Positions 26,905 to 36,554 of a DNA stretch of 64,000 nucleotides are shown here, one piece after another. The notes under the pieces were generated by a model. It saw only the letters and a program-made list of their open reading frames with translations, was not told where the DNA came from and made no database searches. A program made the position numbers and the translations under genes. Every line of letters starts with the position of its first letter. Position 1 is the stretch's first letter. The stretch is from Deltaproteobacteria bacterium. Its GTDB lineage: Bacteria > Myxococcota_A > Polyangia > Fen-1088. The stretch is taken from contig JANRKS010000020.1 in NCBI GenBank assembly GCA_033763315.1, positions 54,489 through 118,488 of the forward strand, given 5' to 3'.

Positions 26905-29900
26905 ATGGCAGCGTATCGAGCTTATGTTGCGTTGGTGTTTGGGGTGGCCTTATCGGCAGTGCTTGGCGCCTGCACCACAAGATCAACAGGGTTGGTCACG
27001 CCAGGTGACGATAGCCTGGGCGGAGGCGGCATGATGGGTGGTGGCGGCGGCGACGCAGGAACCTCGGGAACTGATCGCGATGGCGGCGGTCGACCCGATG
27101 TTGGCACCTGCGTGCCACCCGAGAAACTCAAGGAACTGGGCCTTGCGTGTGGTTGTCACGACGAATGTGATTCCGGCAGCTGCGTTGATGGCGTTTGCTG
27201 TTCGGGCAAGTGTGATGGCACATGCCAGGCGTGCAACGTACCCGGAAAGATGGGCACGTGTTCACCCATTCCCGCAGGCATGTCGCCCGTGGTGGTTGGT
27301 CAATGCAAACGCGACGACGTCGCCACGTGCGGTTTCGATGGCACCTGTGACGGCAACGGTGCGTGCCGGCGCTATCCCGACGGCACGACATGCGACAAGG
27401 GCGTTTGCGATGGCGCCACAATCAAGAATTCAAAGGCCTGCAAAGCGGGCAAATGCGAAACGGGGTCGAACACCGTGTGTTCGCCGTTTGCCTGCAACGC
27501 AGACAACGTTCAATGCTTCACAGAGTGCCAAGCAGACAATCAATGCGCGCCTGGGCAGCAGTGTAAGAACGGCAGCTGTGGCAAAAAGAACCTGGGCGCC
27601 AAATGCGACACCGCCGCGCAATGCGAATCTGGTTTCTGTGCCGATGGCGTGTGTTGCAACACAAGTTGCGACGGCTCCTGCGTCAGCTGTAACCAACCGA
27701 GCAAGATGGGGGAGTGTACCCCCGTCGCTAAAGACCAGCTGGATCCGCACAAAGTGTGCAAAGACAACGGTCCCTCGGCGTGCGGCACAAGCGGCGCTTG
27801 TGATGGCAACGGCGGTTGCGCGAAGTATGGCCCAACCACTGTGTGCCGGCCGGGGCGCTGTGAAGGTGCGAATCAAATTCCACCCAGCAACTGTGACGGC
27901 AAGGGATCATGTTTGACGTCAAACCAGGTGGCATGCGCGCCATTCGCTTGTTCGGGCACGGCATGCAACCAGAGCTGCACGAGTGACGCCCAATGCTCGG
28001 GCGGCAACGTTTGCAGAAACAACATTTGTGGTCCGCGTGGCAAGGGCCAAGATTGCACAGCCAACAGCCAATGCGGCAGCGGCTTTTGCGTGGACGGCGT
28101 GTGTTGCGAGAGCGCGTGCACGGGGCAATGCAAGTTCTGCGCTTCTCCGCAGGCGCGCGGCTCTTGCGTCAACGTGGCAGCGTCAACGCCTGATCCCCGC
28201 GCGGCAGCGGGCGTGACGGATCCATCCCGTGTATGTGTGGCACAGGATCGAACAACGTGTGGCCGCAACGGCATGTGCAATGGCAACGGTGGTTGCCAAC
28301 TTTGGGACAATCAAACCGTTTGCGAAAACCAAAGTTGCTCCACGGGGACGAACACGGCGTCGTTTGCGAAGAAGTGCGATGGCTTCGGCATGTGCAAGAC
28401 CACGGGGTCGCAAACGTGCGCGCCCTATAAGTGCAATGGCACCGCGTGTAGCAACGCTTGCGGTTCGGATAGTGAATGCGTGGCGCCGAATACGTGCGTC
28501 GCCGGCAAATGCGGCCCGAAACCTCCAGGGGCATTGTGCAACAACGACACTGAATGTGGCAGTAAGTTTTGCCGCCAAGGCGTGTGCTGCCAAACGGATT
28601 GCAAAGGTAGCTGCTTTTCATGTTCGTTGTCTGCGAGCCGCGGCTTGTGTACGGCGGTGCCCGCCGGCTCGAAGGATCCCGCCAATGTGTGCAAAGACGA
28701 TGGCGTCGCCAGTTGCGATCGCGATGGCACCTGCGATGGCACGGGCAAGTGCCGGCTCTACGGCGCAGGGCAGATTTGTGCAGGAGCCACCTGCGTATCT
28801 GGCACCGCGACGGCAACGTCAACGTGTGACGGCGTGGGCAATTGCAACAAAGGCTCAACGCGCTCCTGCGGAAATTTCAAGTGCAACGCGGAAGGAACGG
28901 CTTGTTATGAGTCGTGCGTTGACAACAACCAATGCATCACAGGGCGCGTGTGCCAAGGCAGCTCGTGCGGTCTGAAGCCGAATGGGGCCCTGTGTCCCTC
29001 CGGATTGGGCAGCGAGTGTATGTCCGGCCAGTGTTACCAGGGCTTTTGCTGCAACGTGAAGTGTGACGGCATCTGCAAGAGCTGCGGCTTGGCCGGCAGT
29101 TCTGGAACCTGCACGAACATCCCGAAAGGTTCGCCCGATCTGGCGGCGCGCTGTGTGGCTGCCGCGCCAGCCACGTGTGGCAACGATGGCACGTGCGATG
29201 GAGCTGGCGCGTGCGCCAAGTTCGCGAACACGGTCACGTGTCGCGATCAATCTTGCCCCGCCGATTCAAACACCCAGACGAACAGCGCCAAGTGCGATGG
29301 CGCCGGCAACTGTCCGGCCGTGCAAACCACAAGCTGTCAGTTGATCAAATGCGATCCGCAGACGAAGTCATGTTTAACCAGCTGCTCAAGCGACGTTCAG
29401 TGTGTGTCCAATAGCTTCTGCGACATAGCGACCATGTCTTGTGGTGGCTTGAAGGACAACGGCACCGCATGCACCGCGGGCACGCAGTGCAAATCGGGCA
29501 AATGCATCGAAGGCGTATGCTGCGGCGGCTTGGCCGCGGGGGCCAACAGCTGCCCCGCTTGCCAAAGTTGCAAGAATGCCCAAGGGACGTGTCAGGCACT
29601 TCCTGCAGGTCCCGAAGGCGCGGGCTCGTGCACGGCGGGCGCGGGTGTGTGCGGGCAACAAACCTGTAATGGTGCGGGGGCATGTGTGGCGGCGAACCCA
29701 GTGGGCACAAGTTGCGGATCGCCAACCTGTGTGGGTGAAGACAAGGTTCAGGCGCAGGCCTGCAACGCCGGTGGCGTGTGCGCCAATGCTGGTGCCCCGA
29801 CGTTGTGTGCCGGCAGCTTCAAGTGCGTGGCTGGTGCTTGCAAGACATCCTGTACGCCCGAGACATCGAGCACTGATTGCGTGACCGGCAAAGTCTGTTT

Positions 29901-30825
29901 GGGCAACCAGTGCGTCGATCCAAAGAAGGCCAACGGCGTCGCATGTTCAGCGAGCGATGAATGCGTTTCTGGTTTCTGCGCCGGCACTGGAGACACGAAG
30001 GTGTGCTGTAACTCAGCGTGTACGGGCGCCTGTAATTCATGCACACTGACGGGTACGGTCGGCACCTGCACGCCTGTCGCCGCTGGCACCGCGGACACGA
30101 ACTGCAGCGCCACGGCCACCAATAACCTCTGCACCTATGGCGTGTGCGGCGCCAATGGGGCCTGCGCGACCGTAAATTGCTCGGCTACGTCCAGCTGCAG
30201 CGCTGACGGAAACGGCGTACAAGGGGCCACTTGCAACGGGACCATGACGTGTGCGGCAGGCGCGACGGTGACGCCTTGCCCTGGCGGTTTCAAATGCACG
30301 GCGGGCGCATGCCGCACGACCTGCTCCGACGATACTCAATGCCAAAGCGGCTTCTATTGTTCGGGCACGGCCTGCGTGGCGAAGAAGGCCACAGCCGACA
30401 CCTGCATGATGAATAACGAATGCATGACGGGAAACTGCGCTCAGGGGGTGTGTTGCGCAACGGCGTGCACAGGAAGTTGCAAGACGTGTGCGGGTGCCAA
30501 CAAGGGTACGTGTGAGAATGTTGCTGCCGATGGGGTTGACCCAGCCGGGATGTGCACGGATGAGGTTTCTTTGTGCGGCACGAATGGCAAGTGCAATGGC
30601 TCCGGCGGTTGTCAGTTCCGCCCGACCACCACCAGTTGCGGAAGCGCGTGCTCCTCCGACTTGATGAGCACCGTGGCCAAGGTTTGCAACGGGGCAGGCT
30701 CTTGTGTAGATGGAGCTTCCACTCCCTGTGTTGGATTTTTGTGTGCGGTGACGGACGGCAACGCCTCGTGCAGTGCGACTCTGCCTCCACCACCCCCCGC
30801 GCCGGCGTCTCTGCTAAACCCGTAG
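26905..30825 (+). CDS. Cys-rich repeat lipoprotein (about eight units of about 155 aa)
   Basis: Lipobox LGAC; eight recurrences of C-x5-C-xSG-xC-xxGVCC-xxxC-xG-xC-xxC; C-terminal poly-Pro. Confidence 0.85.
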   Translation: MAAYRAYVALVFGVALSAVLGACTTRSTGLVTPGDDSLGGGGMMGGGGGDAGTSGTDRDGGGRPDVGTCVPPEKLKELGLACGCHDECDSGSCVDGVCCSGKCDGTCQACNVPGKMGTCSPIPAGMSPVVVGQCKRDDVATCGFDGTCDGNGACRRYPDGTTCDKGVCDGATIKNSKACKAGKCETGSNTVCSPFACNADNVQCFTECQADNQCAPGQQCKNGSCGKKNLGAKCDTAAQCESGFCADGVCCNTSCDGSCVSCNQPSKMGECTPVAKDQLDPHKVCKDNGPSACGTSGACDGNGGCAKYGPTTVCRPGRCEGANQIPPSNCDGKGSCLTSNQVACAPFACSGTACNQSCTSDAQCSGGNVCRNNICGPRGKGQDCTANSQCGSGFCVDGVCCESACTGQCKFCASPQARGSCVNVAASTPDPRAAAGVTDPSRVCVAQDRTTCGRNGMCNGNGGCQLWDNQTVCENQSCSTGTNTASFAKKCDGFGMCKTTGSQTCAPYKCNGTACSNACGSDSECVAPNTCVAGKCGPKPPGALCNNDTECGSKFCRQGVCCQTDCKGSCFSCSLSASRGLCTAVPAGSKDPANVCKDDGVASCDRDGTCDGTGKCRLYGAGQICAGATCVSGTATATSTCDGVGNCNKGSTRSCGNFKCNAEGTACYESCVDNNQCITGRVCQGSSCGLKPNGALCPSGLGSECMSGQCYQGFCCNVKCDGICKSCGLAGSSGTCTNIPKGSPDLAARCVAAAPATCGNDGTCDGAGACAKFANTVTCRDQSCPADSNTQTNSAKCDGAGNCPAVQTTSCQLIKCDPQTKSCLTSCSSDVQCVSNSFCDIATMSCGGLKDNGTACTAGTQCKSGKCIEGVCCGGLAAGANSCPACQSCKNAQGTCQALPAGPEGAGSCTAGAGVCGQQTCNGAGACVAANPVGTSCGSPTCVGEDKVQAQACNAGGVCANAGAPTLCAGSFKCVAGACKTSCTPETSSTDCVTGKVCLGNQCVDPKKANGVACSASDECVSGFCAGTGDTKVCCNSACTGACNSCTLTGTVGTCTPVAAGTADTNCSATATNNLCTYGVCGANGACATVNCSATSSCSADGNGVQGATCNGTMTCAAGATVTPCPGGFKCTAGACRTTCSDDTQCQSGFYCSGTACVAKKATADTCMMNNECMTGNCAQGVCCATACTGSCKTCAGANKGTCENVAADGVDPAGMCTDEVSLCGTNGKCNGSGGCQFRPTTTSCGSACSSDLMSTVAKVCNGAGSCVDGASTPCVGFLCAVTDGNASCSATLPPPPPAPASLLNP

Positions 30826-30829
30826 CGCT

Positions 30830-31963
30830 TTGTCCGAAAACCTCATCCGCGTCGAAATCGAATCACTGGCACCCGGAGGCGATGCTTTCGGGCGCCAAGT
30901 GGGGGGCGCCGCGGAGGGGCGAGCCACATTCGTGCCGTTGGCGGCGCCGGGGGAATTGGTGACCGCGCGGCTGGGGCGGCAAAAGCGTGACGTCGCGTGG
31001 GCAACGTTGGAGAAGGTCGAGCGCGAGAGCCACCTGCGTGCGGTGCCGCCGTGCCCTGTGTTCGGGGTTTGCGGCGGCTGTCAGTGGCAACACGTGACCA
31101 TCGAAACGCAACGGGCCGCCAAGCTGGCGATCGTGAAGCGCGCGCTGCGATTCGAGAACGTCACCTTGTCGGCGCCTTGCGCGCCCTTTGGTTACCGCGA
31201 GCGGGCCAAACTGGTAAGCGTGCACCGAGGGCCAACGCGGGTGCTGGGATTCAAGAAGGCGCAGTCGCATGAAGTGGTGGACATAGAGCGTTGCCCCTTG
31301 CTCGCCGAACCTTTGAACACGGCGCTGGCCAAGCTGCGCTCACAAGCGCTGCCCGTGGGAGAAGTGGCCTTGCAGTTGGGTGCGGGCGGCCTGGTGGGTG
31401 TGGCGGGGGCCGGGCAGCCTGCCTCGACCATCAACTTGGCGGGTGTTGATGAGCCGGTCCTCGAAATCAGCGTGGGCGGCTTTGCGCAGGTGAGCCGTGC
31501 GGCGAACAACGCGCTCGTGCAGGCGGTGCTTGCCCAGGTGGGGCCCCAGCCCGGACGCGTGCTTGAGCTTTATGCCGGGGCCGGCAACTTCACGCGTTTT
31601 CTCGTGTCGCGGGCGGCCCAGGTGATGGCAAGCGATGGCGACGGTGTGGCGGTGCAGCTCGGTGCCAAGAATGTACCCCAAGCATCTTGGGTGGCTCCCG
31701 ACGCTGTGCCTTTGCATGACGTGTTCGATACCGTGGTCGTGGATCCACCGCGGGCGGGGTTGGACGCGTTGGCGTTGGATCTGGCGCGCCTGGCCCGCAA
31801 AACCATCGTTTATGTTTCTTGCGATCCCCAAACCTTGGGCCGCGACGCCCGCCTGCTGGCCGGCTTCGGCTTTCAACTGACCCACGCGGAGGCATTTGAT
31901 CTGATGCCCCAGACGCATCACGTGGAAGTCGTGGCGCGGTTTAGCGCCGCGGGTACCGGGTAG
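30830..31963 (+). CDS. RlmD/TrmA-family RNA m5U methyltransferase
   Basis: TRAM domain, C..FG.CGGC [4Fe-4S], LELYAGAGNF, VDPPRAG, YVSCDP, DLMPQTHHVE. Confidence 0.92.
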   Translation: MSENLIRVEIESLAPGGDAFGRQVGGAAEGRATFVPLAAPGELVTARLGRQKRDVAWATLEKVERESHLRAVPPCPVFGVCGGCQWQHVTIETQRAAKLAIVKRALRFENVTLSAPCAPFGYRERAKLVSVHRGPTRVLGFKKAQSHEVVDIERCPLLAEPLNTALAKLRSQALPVGEVALQLGAGGLVGVAGAGQPASTINLAGVDEPVLEISVGGFAQVSRAANNALVQAVLAQVGPQPGRVLELYAGAGNFTRFLVSRAAQVMASDGDGVAVQLGAKNVPQASWVAPDAVPLHDVFDTVVVDPPRAGLDALALDLARLARKTIVYVSCDPQTLGRDARLLAGFGFQLTHAEAFDLMPQTHHVEVVARFSAAGTG

Positions 31964-31997
31964 AACTACCCCGCGCTTTTTCCGCTACACTGCGGCC

Positions 31998-33188
31998 GTG
32001 CGCGAGCGAGCTCGAATTTTGGTGACCGTGACCGGCCCTGATAAGCCGGGCGTGACGTCGACGTTGATGGGCATCCTGGCTGAAAAAAACGCCGGCCTGG
32101 AGGACATTGAGCAGGTGGTCGTGCAGGGCCAACTGACCTTGTGCTTGCTCATCACCGTGCCCCCTTCGAGTGACGTGCTCAAAGAGTTGCTGTTCACGTC
32201 GAAGCAGCTCGGCATGGAGCTCGACTTCAAGCCGGTGGAAGACGACAGCCAGGCCACGACGCACGCGGATATCGGACGTCGATACGTGATCACCGCCATT
32301 GGTCGGTCGCTCGGCCCCACGGCCTTGCACGCGTTGGCATCCACGCTGGCGGGCGAAGGCGCCAACATTGAGAAGATTTCGCGGCTTTCAGAAGGGCCTT
32401 TGGCCTCGCTTGAGATTCACGCGAAAATTCCTTCCGATCGGGATCACGAAAACCTCAAGCGCTTGCTGCTGGCTGTGGCCACGCGTTCTGCGTTTGACGT
32501 TTCGCTGCAACGAGAAAGCCTTTACCGTCGGTCAAAGCGCTTGGTGGTCATGGATATGGATTCCACCTTGATCCAGATCGAGGTGATCGATGAATTGGCA
32601 CGCCGCCACAAGGTGGGCGATCGCGTGTCGCGCATCACCGAGCAAGCCATGCGCGGCGAAATGGATTACGACGATTCGCTTCGTCAACGTGTCGCCTTGC
32701 TCAAAGGCTTGGACGCCAAGGTCTTAGAGAGCATCTGCGCCGAGCTGCCCTTGACCGAAGGTGCGGAGATCTTGGTTCGCGTGCTCAAGCGTTTGGGTTA
32801 CCGCATCGCCGTGTTAAGCGGTGGCTTCTCGCAGGCCGCGGAGGCTTTAAAGCGCCGTTTGGGCCTGGACTATGCGTTCTCAAACCAGCTTGAGATCGCT
32901 GACGGCAAGCTCACCGGACGCGTGACCGGCCCCATCGTGAACGCACAACGCAAAGCAGAGCTGCTTGAGTTGATCGCGCAACTGGAAGGCGTGCTGTTGG
33001 ATCAAACGATCGCCGTGGGCGACGGTGCCAATGACGCCTTGATGTTGGAGCGCGCCGGCTTGGGTATCGCGTTTCATGCCAAGCCAACCCTGCGCGAGCG
33101 GGCCGACACGGCGATTTCGGCTGGTGGCCTCGACTCGGTTCTATATTTGCTGGGTCTGAGCGCGCGCGAGATCAAAGAGATCCAGTAG
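31998..33188 (+). CDS. serB: Phosphoserine phosphatase with ACT domains
   Basis: DMDSTLI, LSGGF, AVGDGAND; N-terminal ACT (GPDKPG). Confidence 0.95.
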   Translation: MRERARILVTVTGPDKPGVTSTLMGILAEKNAGLEDIEQVVVQGQLTLCLLITVPPSSDVLKELLFTSKQLGMELDFKPVEDDSQATTHADIGRRYVITAIGRSLGPTALHALASTLAGEGANIEKISRLSEGPLASLEIHAKIPSDRDHENLKRLLLAVATRSAFDVSLQRESLYRRSKRLVVMDMDSTLIQIEVIDELARRHKVGDRVSRITEQAMRGEMDYDDSLRQRVALLKGLDAKVLESICAELPLTEGAEILVRVLKRLGYRIAVLSGGFSQAAEALKRRLGLDYAFSNQLEIADGKLTGRVTGPIVNAQRKAELLELIAQLEGVLLDQTIAVGDGANDALMLERAGLGIAFHAKPTLRERADTAISAGGLDSVLYLLGLSAREIKEIQ

Positions 33189-33197
33189 CGCGCGTGC

Positions 33198-33887
33198 TTA
33201 TCGTTTGCGCGTTTTCGCGCTTGTTTTCGGCGCCCCGGCCGCTTCAGTCAACCCGCCCAACGGGTCGTTGTCGAGCTGCTTCTTGTTGAACGTGGGCAGC
33301 GGCGCGGCGGGCTTGGCGGCCTCGGGTTCTGCGTTAGGCGCACTGGCGGCCGCGTTCGGCGCCGCCGCATTGAGGGCGGCGTTGCGTTCCGCGCGCAACG
33401 CTTGCAACGCGGCTGCGTGCTCGGCACGTTCAACCGCCAACGTATTCTCCACTTCGGCGCGCGCCTCCTGTGCTGCGCTTTTTTGCGCTTCCATGCGCTG
33501 CAATTGCTGATCTTTGGCGCGCATGAGCCGCGTGTGCTCTTGCTGCTGCCAAAGCCACGCGCCGGTTGCCAGCGCGCCCACCACCAAACTTGTGACGATG
33601 ATGGTGCCCATGGAGCTCTTTGGCTTCGTCACCGGGGGCGCCGCCCAGGCGGCCTGCTCGTGCACGCGCAGGGCGTGACCAGGCTCGGGGCGGATCACTG
33701 GGCCGGCCGATACGATCTTGTCCTCCCAGTGTGTGGCTGACGCAGGCTCGGGGCCTTCATAGGTCTGGCGCCGCGCGCGCGTGAGCGCCGCTTGCCACTC
33801 GTCGCCATCTTCTGCTGGCTCCTGATTGTCGCCTTCGGCAAAAGGTGTTGAGGGAATGCTGCCATAGGGCTGACGGGTCGCGGACAT
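33198..33887 (-). CDS. Hypothetical single-TM coiled-coil protein
   Basis: TM segment followed by an Ala/Gln-rich helix and a Pro-rich tail ending DDPLGGL-like. Confidence 0.6.
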   Translation of the reverse strand: MSATRQPYGSIPSTPFAEGDNQEPAEDGDEWQAALTRARRQTYEGPEPASATHWEDKIVSAGPVIRPEPGHALRVHEQAAWAAPPVTKPKSSMGTIIVTSLVVGALATGAWLWQQQEHTRLMRAKDQQLQRMEAQKSAAQEARAEVENTLAVERAEHAAALQALRAERNAALNAAAPNAAASAPNAEPEAAKPAAPLPTFNKKQLDNDPLGGLTEAAGAPKTSAKTRKR

Positions 33888-33969
33888 GTGGAACTTCCTT
33901 TCGCGAGAGCGCTAAGAACTCAACACACCGCTGGAGACGTTTGGGAAAACGTCCCTGTTTTTTGCCCGC

Positions 33970-35556
33970 CTAAGCCATGGGACCGTCTCCGCGCGCCAAA
34001 ACAGTGTCCTTTTGGAAGCGGACATCCTTTTCCGGGTGATCGATGTTGTAGTGAAGACCGCGGCTTTCAGGTCGCCGGCGCGCGCATTCAACGATGAGGT
34101 CGGCTACGAGCGCCAGGTTGCGCAGTTCAAGGAAATCGCTGGTGACGGTGAAGTTCCAGTAATACTGGCGAAGTTCGCTGCGAATGATGTCGATGCGTCG
34201 GGCGGCGCGTTCAAGGCGCGAATCAGACCGCACAATGCCTACGTAGTTCCACATCAAGCGGCGCAGCTCGTCCCAGCTGTGGCTAACCACGACCGCTTCG
34301 TCGGGTGAACGTGCTTCGCCTGCATACCAAGGCGCGGGTGAAGCCGGGTGTTCGACCTTGATCTTCGCCACATCGTCCGCGGCACGGGCGGCAAAGACCA
34401 ACGCTTCAAGCAACGAATTGGAAGCGAGACGACAAGCGCCATGCAGACCCGTCATCGCCACTTCGCCGATGGCATAAAGGTTCTTCACGCTGGTGCGCCC
34501 TTGTGGATCCACAACCACGCCACCGCAGCTGTAATGCGCCGCCGGCACCACAGGGATCGGCATCGTGCGCATATCGATCCCAAGCTCCATGCAGCGCTTG
34601 AAAATGTTGGGGAAACGGTTCTCGAGGAAGTCGGGCGCTAGGTGAGTCATGTCGAGCAGCACTGAATCATCACCGCTGCGCTTGAGCTCAGAGTCGATCG
34701 CGCGTGCGACGACATCGCGAGGCGCGAGATCTTTCATCTCGTGGTACCGCGGCATGAACGCGTTGCCGTTGAGCGTGCGCAAAATACCGCCTTCGCCTCG
34801 CAAGGCCTCGCTGATCAAGAACGACTTGGCTTGGGGGTGGTAAAGGCAGGTGGGGTGAAATTGGAAGAACTCCATGTTCGCCACGCGCGCGCCCACGCGA
34901 TACGCGATCGCGACGCCATCGCCGGTGGCCACGTCAGGATTGGTTGTGTAGAGGTAGACCTTGCCGGCGCCGCCCGTCGCCAACACAACCGCTTTGGCGG
35001 TGATGGTCTTCATCAGTTGTTGGTGCTGATCGTAAACGTAGGCACCAAAGACGGCGTTGGGGCCGCCATACTTGGCCGTGGTCAGCAGATCGGCCGCCAT
35101 GTGGTTCGGCAGCAAGGTGATGCGATCGGCGCGCTCGCGGATGCGATCCATGAGCGCGGCCTGAATGGCGGCGCCCGTCATGTCGCGCGCGTGGACGATG
35201 CGGCGGGCGCTGTGCCCGCCTTCGCGGCCGAGGTCAAAGTTGCCGTCGTTGCCGCGGTCAAAGGGCACGCCCACTTCGTTGGCCAGGTTCAGGATGTGAG
35301 CCGGCCCCTCCGCCACGCATGCTTCCACCACATCGCGTTTGCACAGGCCTTCGCCCACGGTCAACGTATCAGCCACGTGCATTTCGGCGGTGTCGTCCGC
35401 GCCCAGCACGCCCGCCACGCCGCCTTGCGCGTAATTGGTGTTCGCTTCAGACGGGCTGCGCTTGGTGACAACCACAACACGTCCGTGTTTTGACGCCTGT
35501 AAAGCGAAGTAAAGGCCAGCAAGCCCAGAGCCCAGCACCAGATAATCGGTTTCCAC
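33970..35556 (-). CDS. nadB: L-aspartate oxidase
   Basis: GSGLAG, YAQGG, EGGHS.RRI, QFHPT, PAAHY.CGG, GLHGA.RLASNSLLE, ESRGLH. Confidence 0.96.
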   Translation of the reverse strand: METDYLVLGSGLAGLYFALQASKHGRVVVVTKRSPSEANTNYAQGGVAGVLGADDTAEMHVADTLTVGEGLCKRDVVEACVAEGPAHILNLANEVGVPFDRGNDGNFDLGREGGHSARRIVHARDMTGAAIQAALMDRIRERADRITLLPNHMAADLLTTAKYGGPNAVFGAYVYDQHQQLMKTITAKAVVLATGGAGKVYLYTTNPDVATGDGVAIAYRVGARVANMEFFQFHPTCLYHPQAKSFLISEALRGEGGILRTLNGNAFMPRYHEMKDLAPRDVVARAIDSELKRSGDDSVLLDMTHLAPDFLENRFPNIFKRCMELGIDMRTMPIPVVPAAHYSCGGVVVDPQGRTSVKNLYAIGEVAMTGLHGACRLASNSLLEALVFAARAADDVAKIKVEHPASPAPWYAGEARSPDEAVVVSHSWDELRRLMWNYVGIVRSDSRLERAARRIDIIRSELRQYYWNFTVTSDFLELRNLALVADLIVECARRRPESRGLHYNIDHPEKDVRFQKDTVLARGDGPMA

Positions 35557-35699
35557 TGGGGGTTCACTTTAGCGGCATTTGCTCGTCGCGGCAGGTATCA
35601 CGGCCACGCCCCGCGCCCCGCTGTGCGCGGTTTCGTGGAGCCGCGGTTGCAGGGCTGCTACCATGGGCTTGCCTTGTGGTGCGCCATCCGGGGGTTTTG

Positions 35700-36554
35700 G
35701 TGAAGCTTCGGCTCGGTTCCGTATGCGTGTTTCTCAGCTTGATGCCTGTGGCTTCGGGCCAGGCGGGCGTGTGGAAACGCGAGAAGAATGACGGCACCGT
35801 GGAATACACGAACGTGCCCCGTGGCGGATCTGATCGCCGCGCCGCGAACCCTGCATCGCCTCCGACGCCCACCCCAGCACGTCGCTCAACCCCGAGCGGG
35901 GGCGCGTTTTGGTTCCGCGAGCGCGCCGACGGCGTCATGGAGTTCACCAACCTGCACCCCATCGGCTCAAAGTGGAAGGTGTTGTTTCGCACCGGCCCGG
36001 GCAAGGCGGCTTCCATGCGTGGCGAAACCGATCGTGTGCGCGCCAGCGATCGATCAAGCGAACGTTTCACGCGCTACGACGAGCACATTCGCGATCAGCA
36101 AGTGCTTTACGGCATCCCGCCGTCGTTGGTGCGGGCGGTGATCCGCAGCGAAAGCGATTTCGATCCACACGTCATATCGAGCGCGGGCGCCATGGGCCTG
36201 ATGCAATTGATGCCAGGGACGGCGCGCGACATGGGGGTGACCGATCCCTTTGATCCGCGGCAGAACATCATGGGCGGCTGCCGCTATCTGCAAATTCTGG
36301 CGCGCAAGTTCTGTCGCACGCCGGCGCCGGCGGGCCAGGGTGTTTTGTTCCATTGCTCGGCAGAAGAGAACATCAAGGTGATCTCCGGTTACCACGCGGG
36401 GCCTGGTGCGGTAGACAAGTACGGCGGCATGCCTCCTTACCAAACGACGCGCGAATATGTGGCCACGGTGTTGGCGCGGTTTGATCGCTACATCGGGGAC
36501 GAGCGTGCGGCGGGCGTTTTCGCTGCCGACACCGGCCCGGAGGAAACGCCATGA
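35700..36554 (+). CDS. Soluble lytic transglycosylase (SLT) with DUF4124-like N-terminus
   Basis: AVIRSES, GAMGLMQLMP.TA, YHAGPGAV; start estimated. Confidence 0.88.
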   Translation: MKLRLGSVCVFLSLMPVASGQAGVWKREKNDGTVEYTNVPRGGSDRRAANPASPPTPTPARRSTPSGGAFWFRERADGVMEFTNLHPIGSKWKVLFRTGPGKAASMRGETDRVRASDRSSERFTRYDEHIRDQQVLYGIPPSLVRAVIRSESDFDPHVISSAGAMGLMQLMPGTARDMGVTDPFDPRQNIMGGCRYLQILARKFCRTPAPAGQGVLFHCSAEENIKVISGYHAGPGAVDKYGGMPPYQTTREYVATVLARFDRYIGDERAAGVFAADTGPEETP

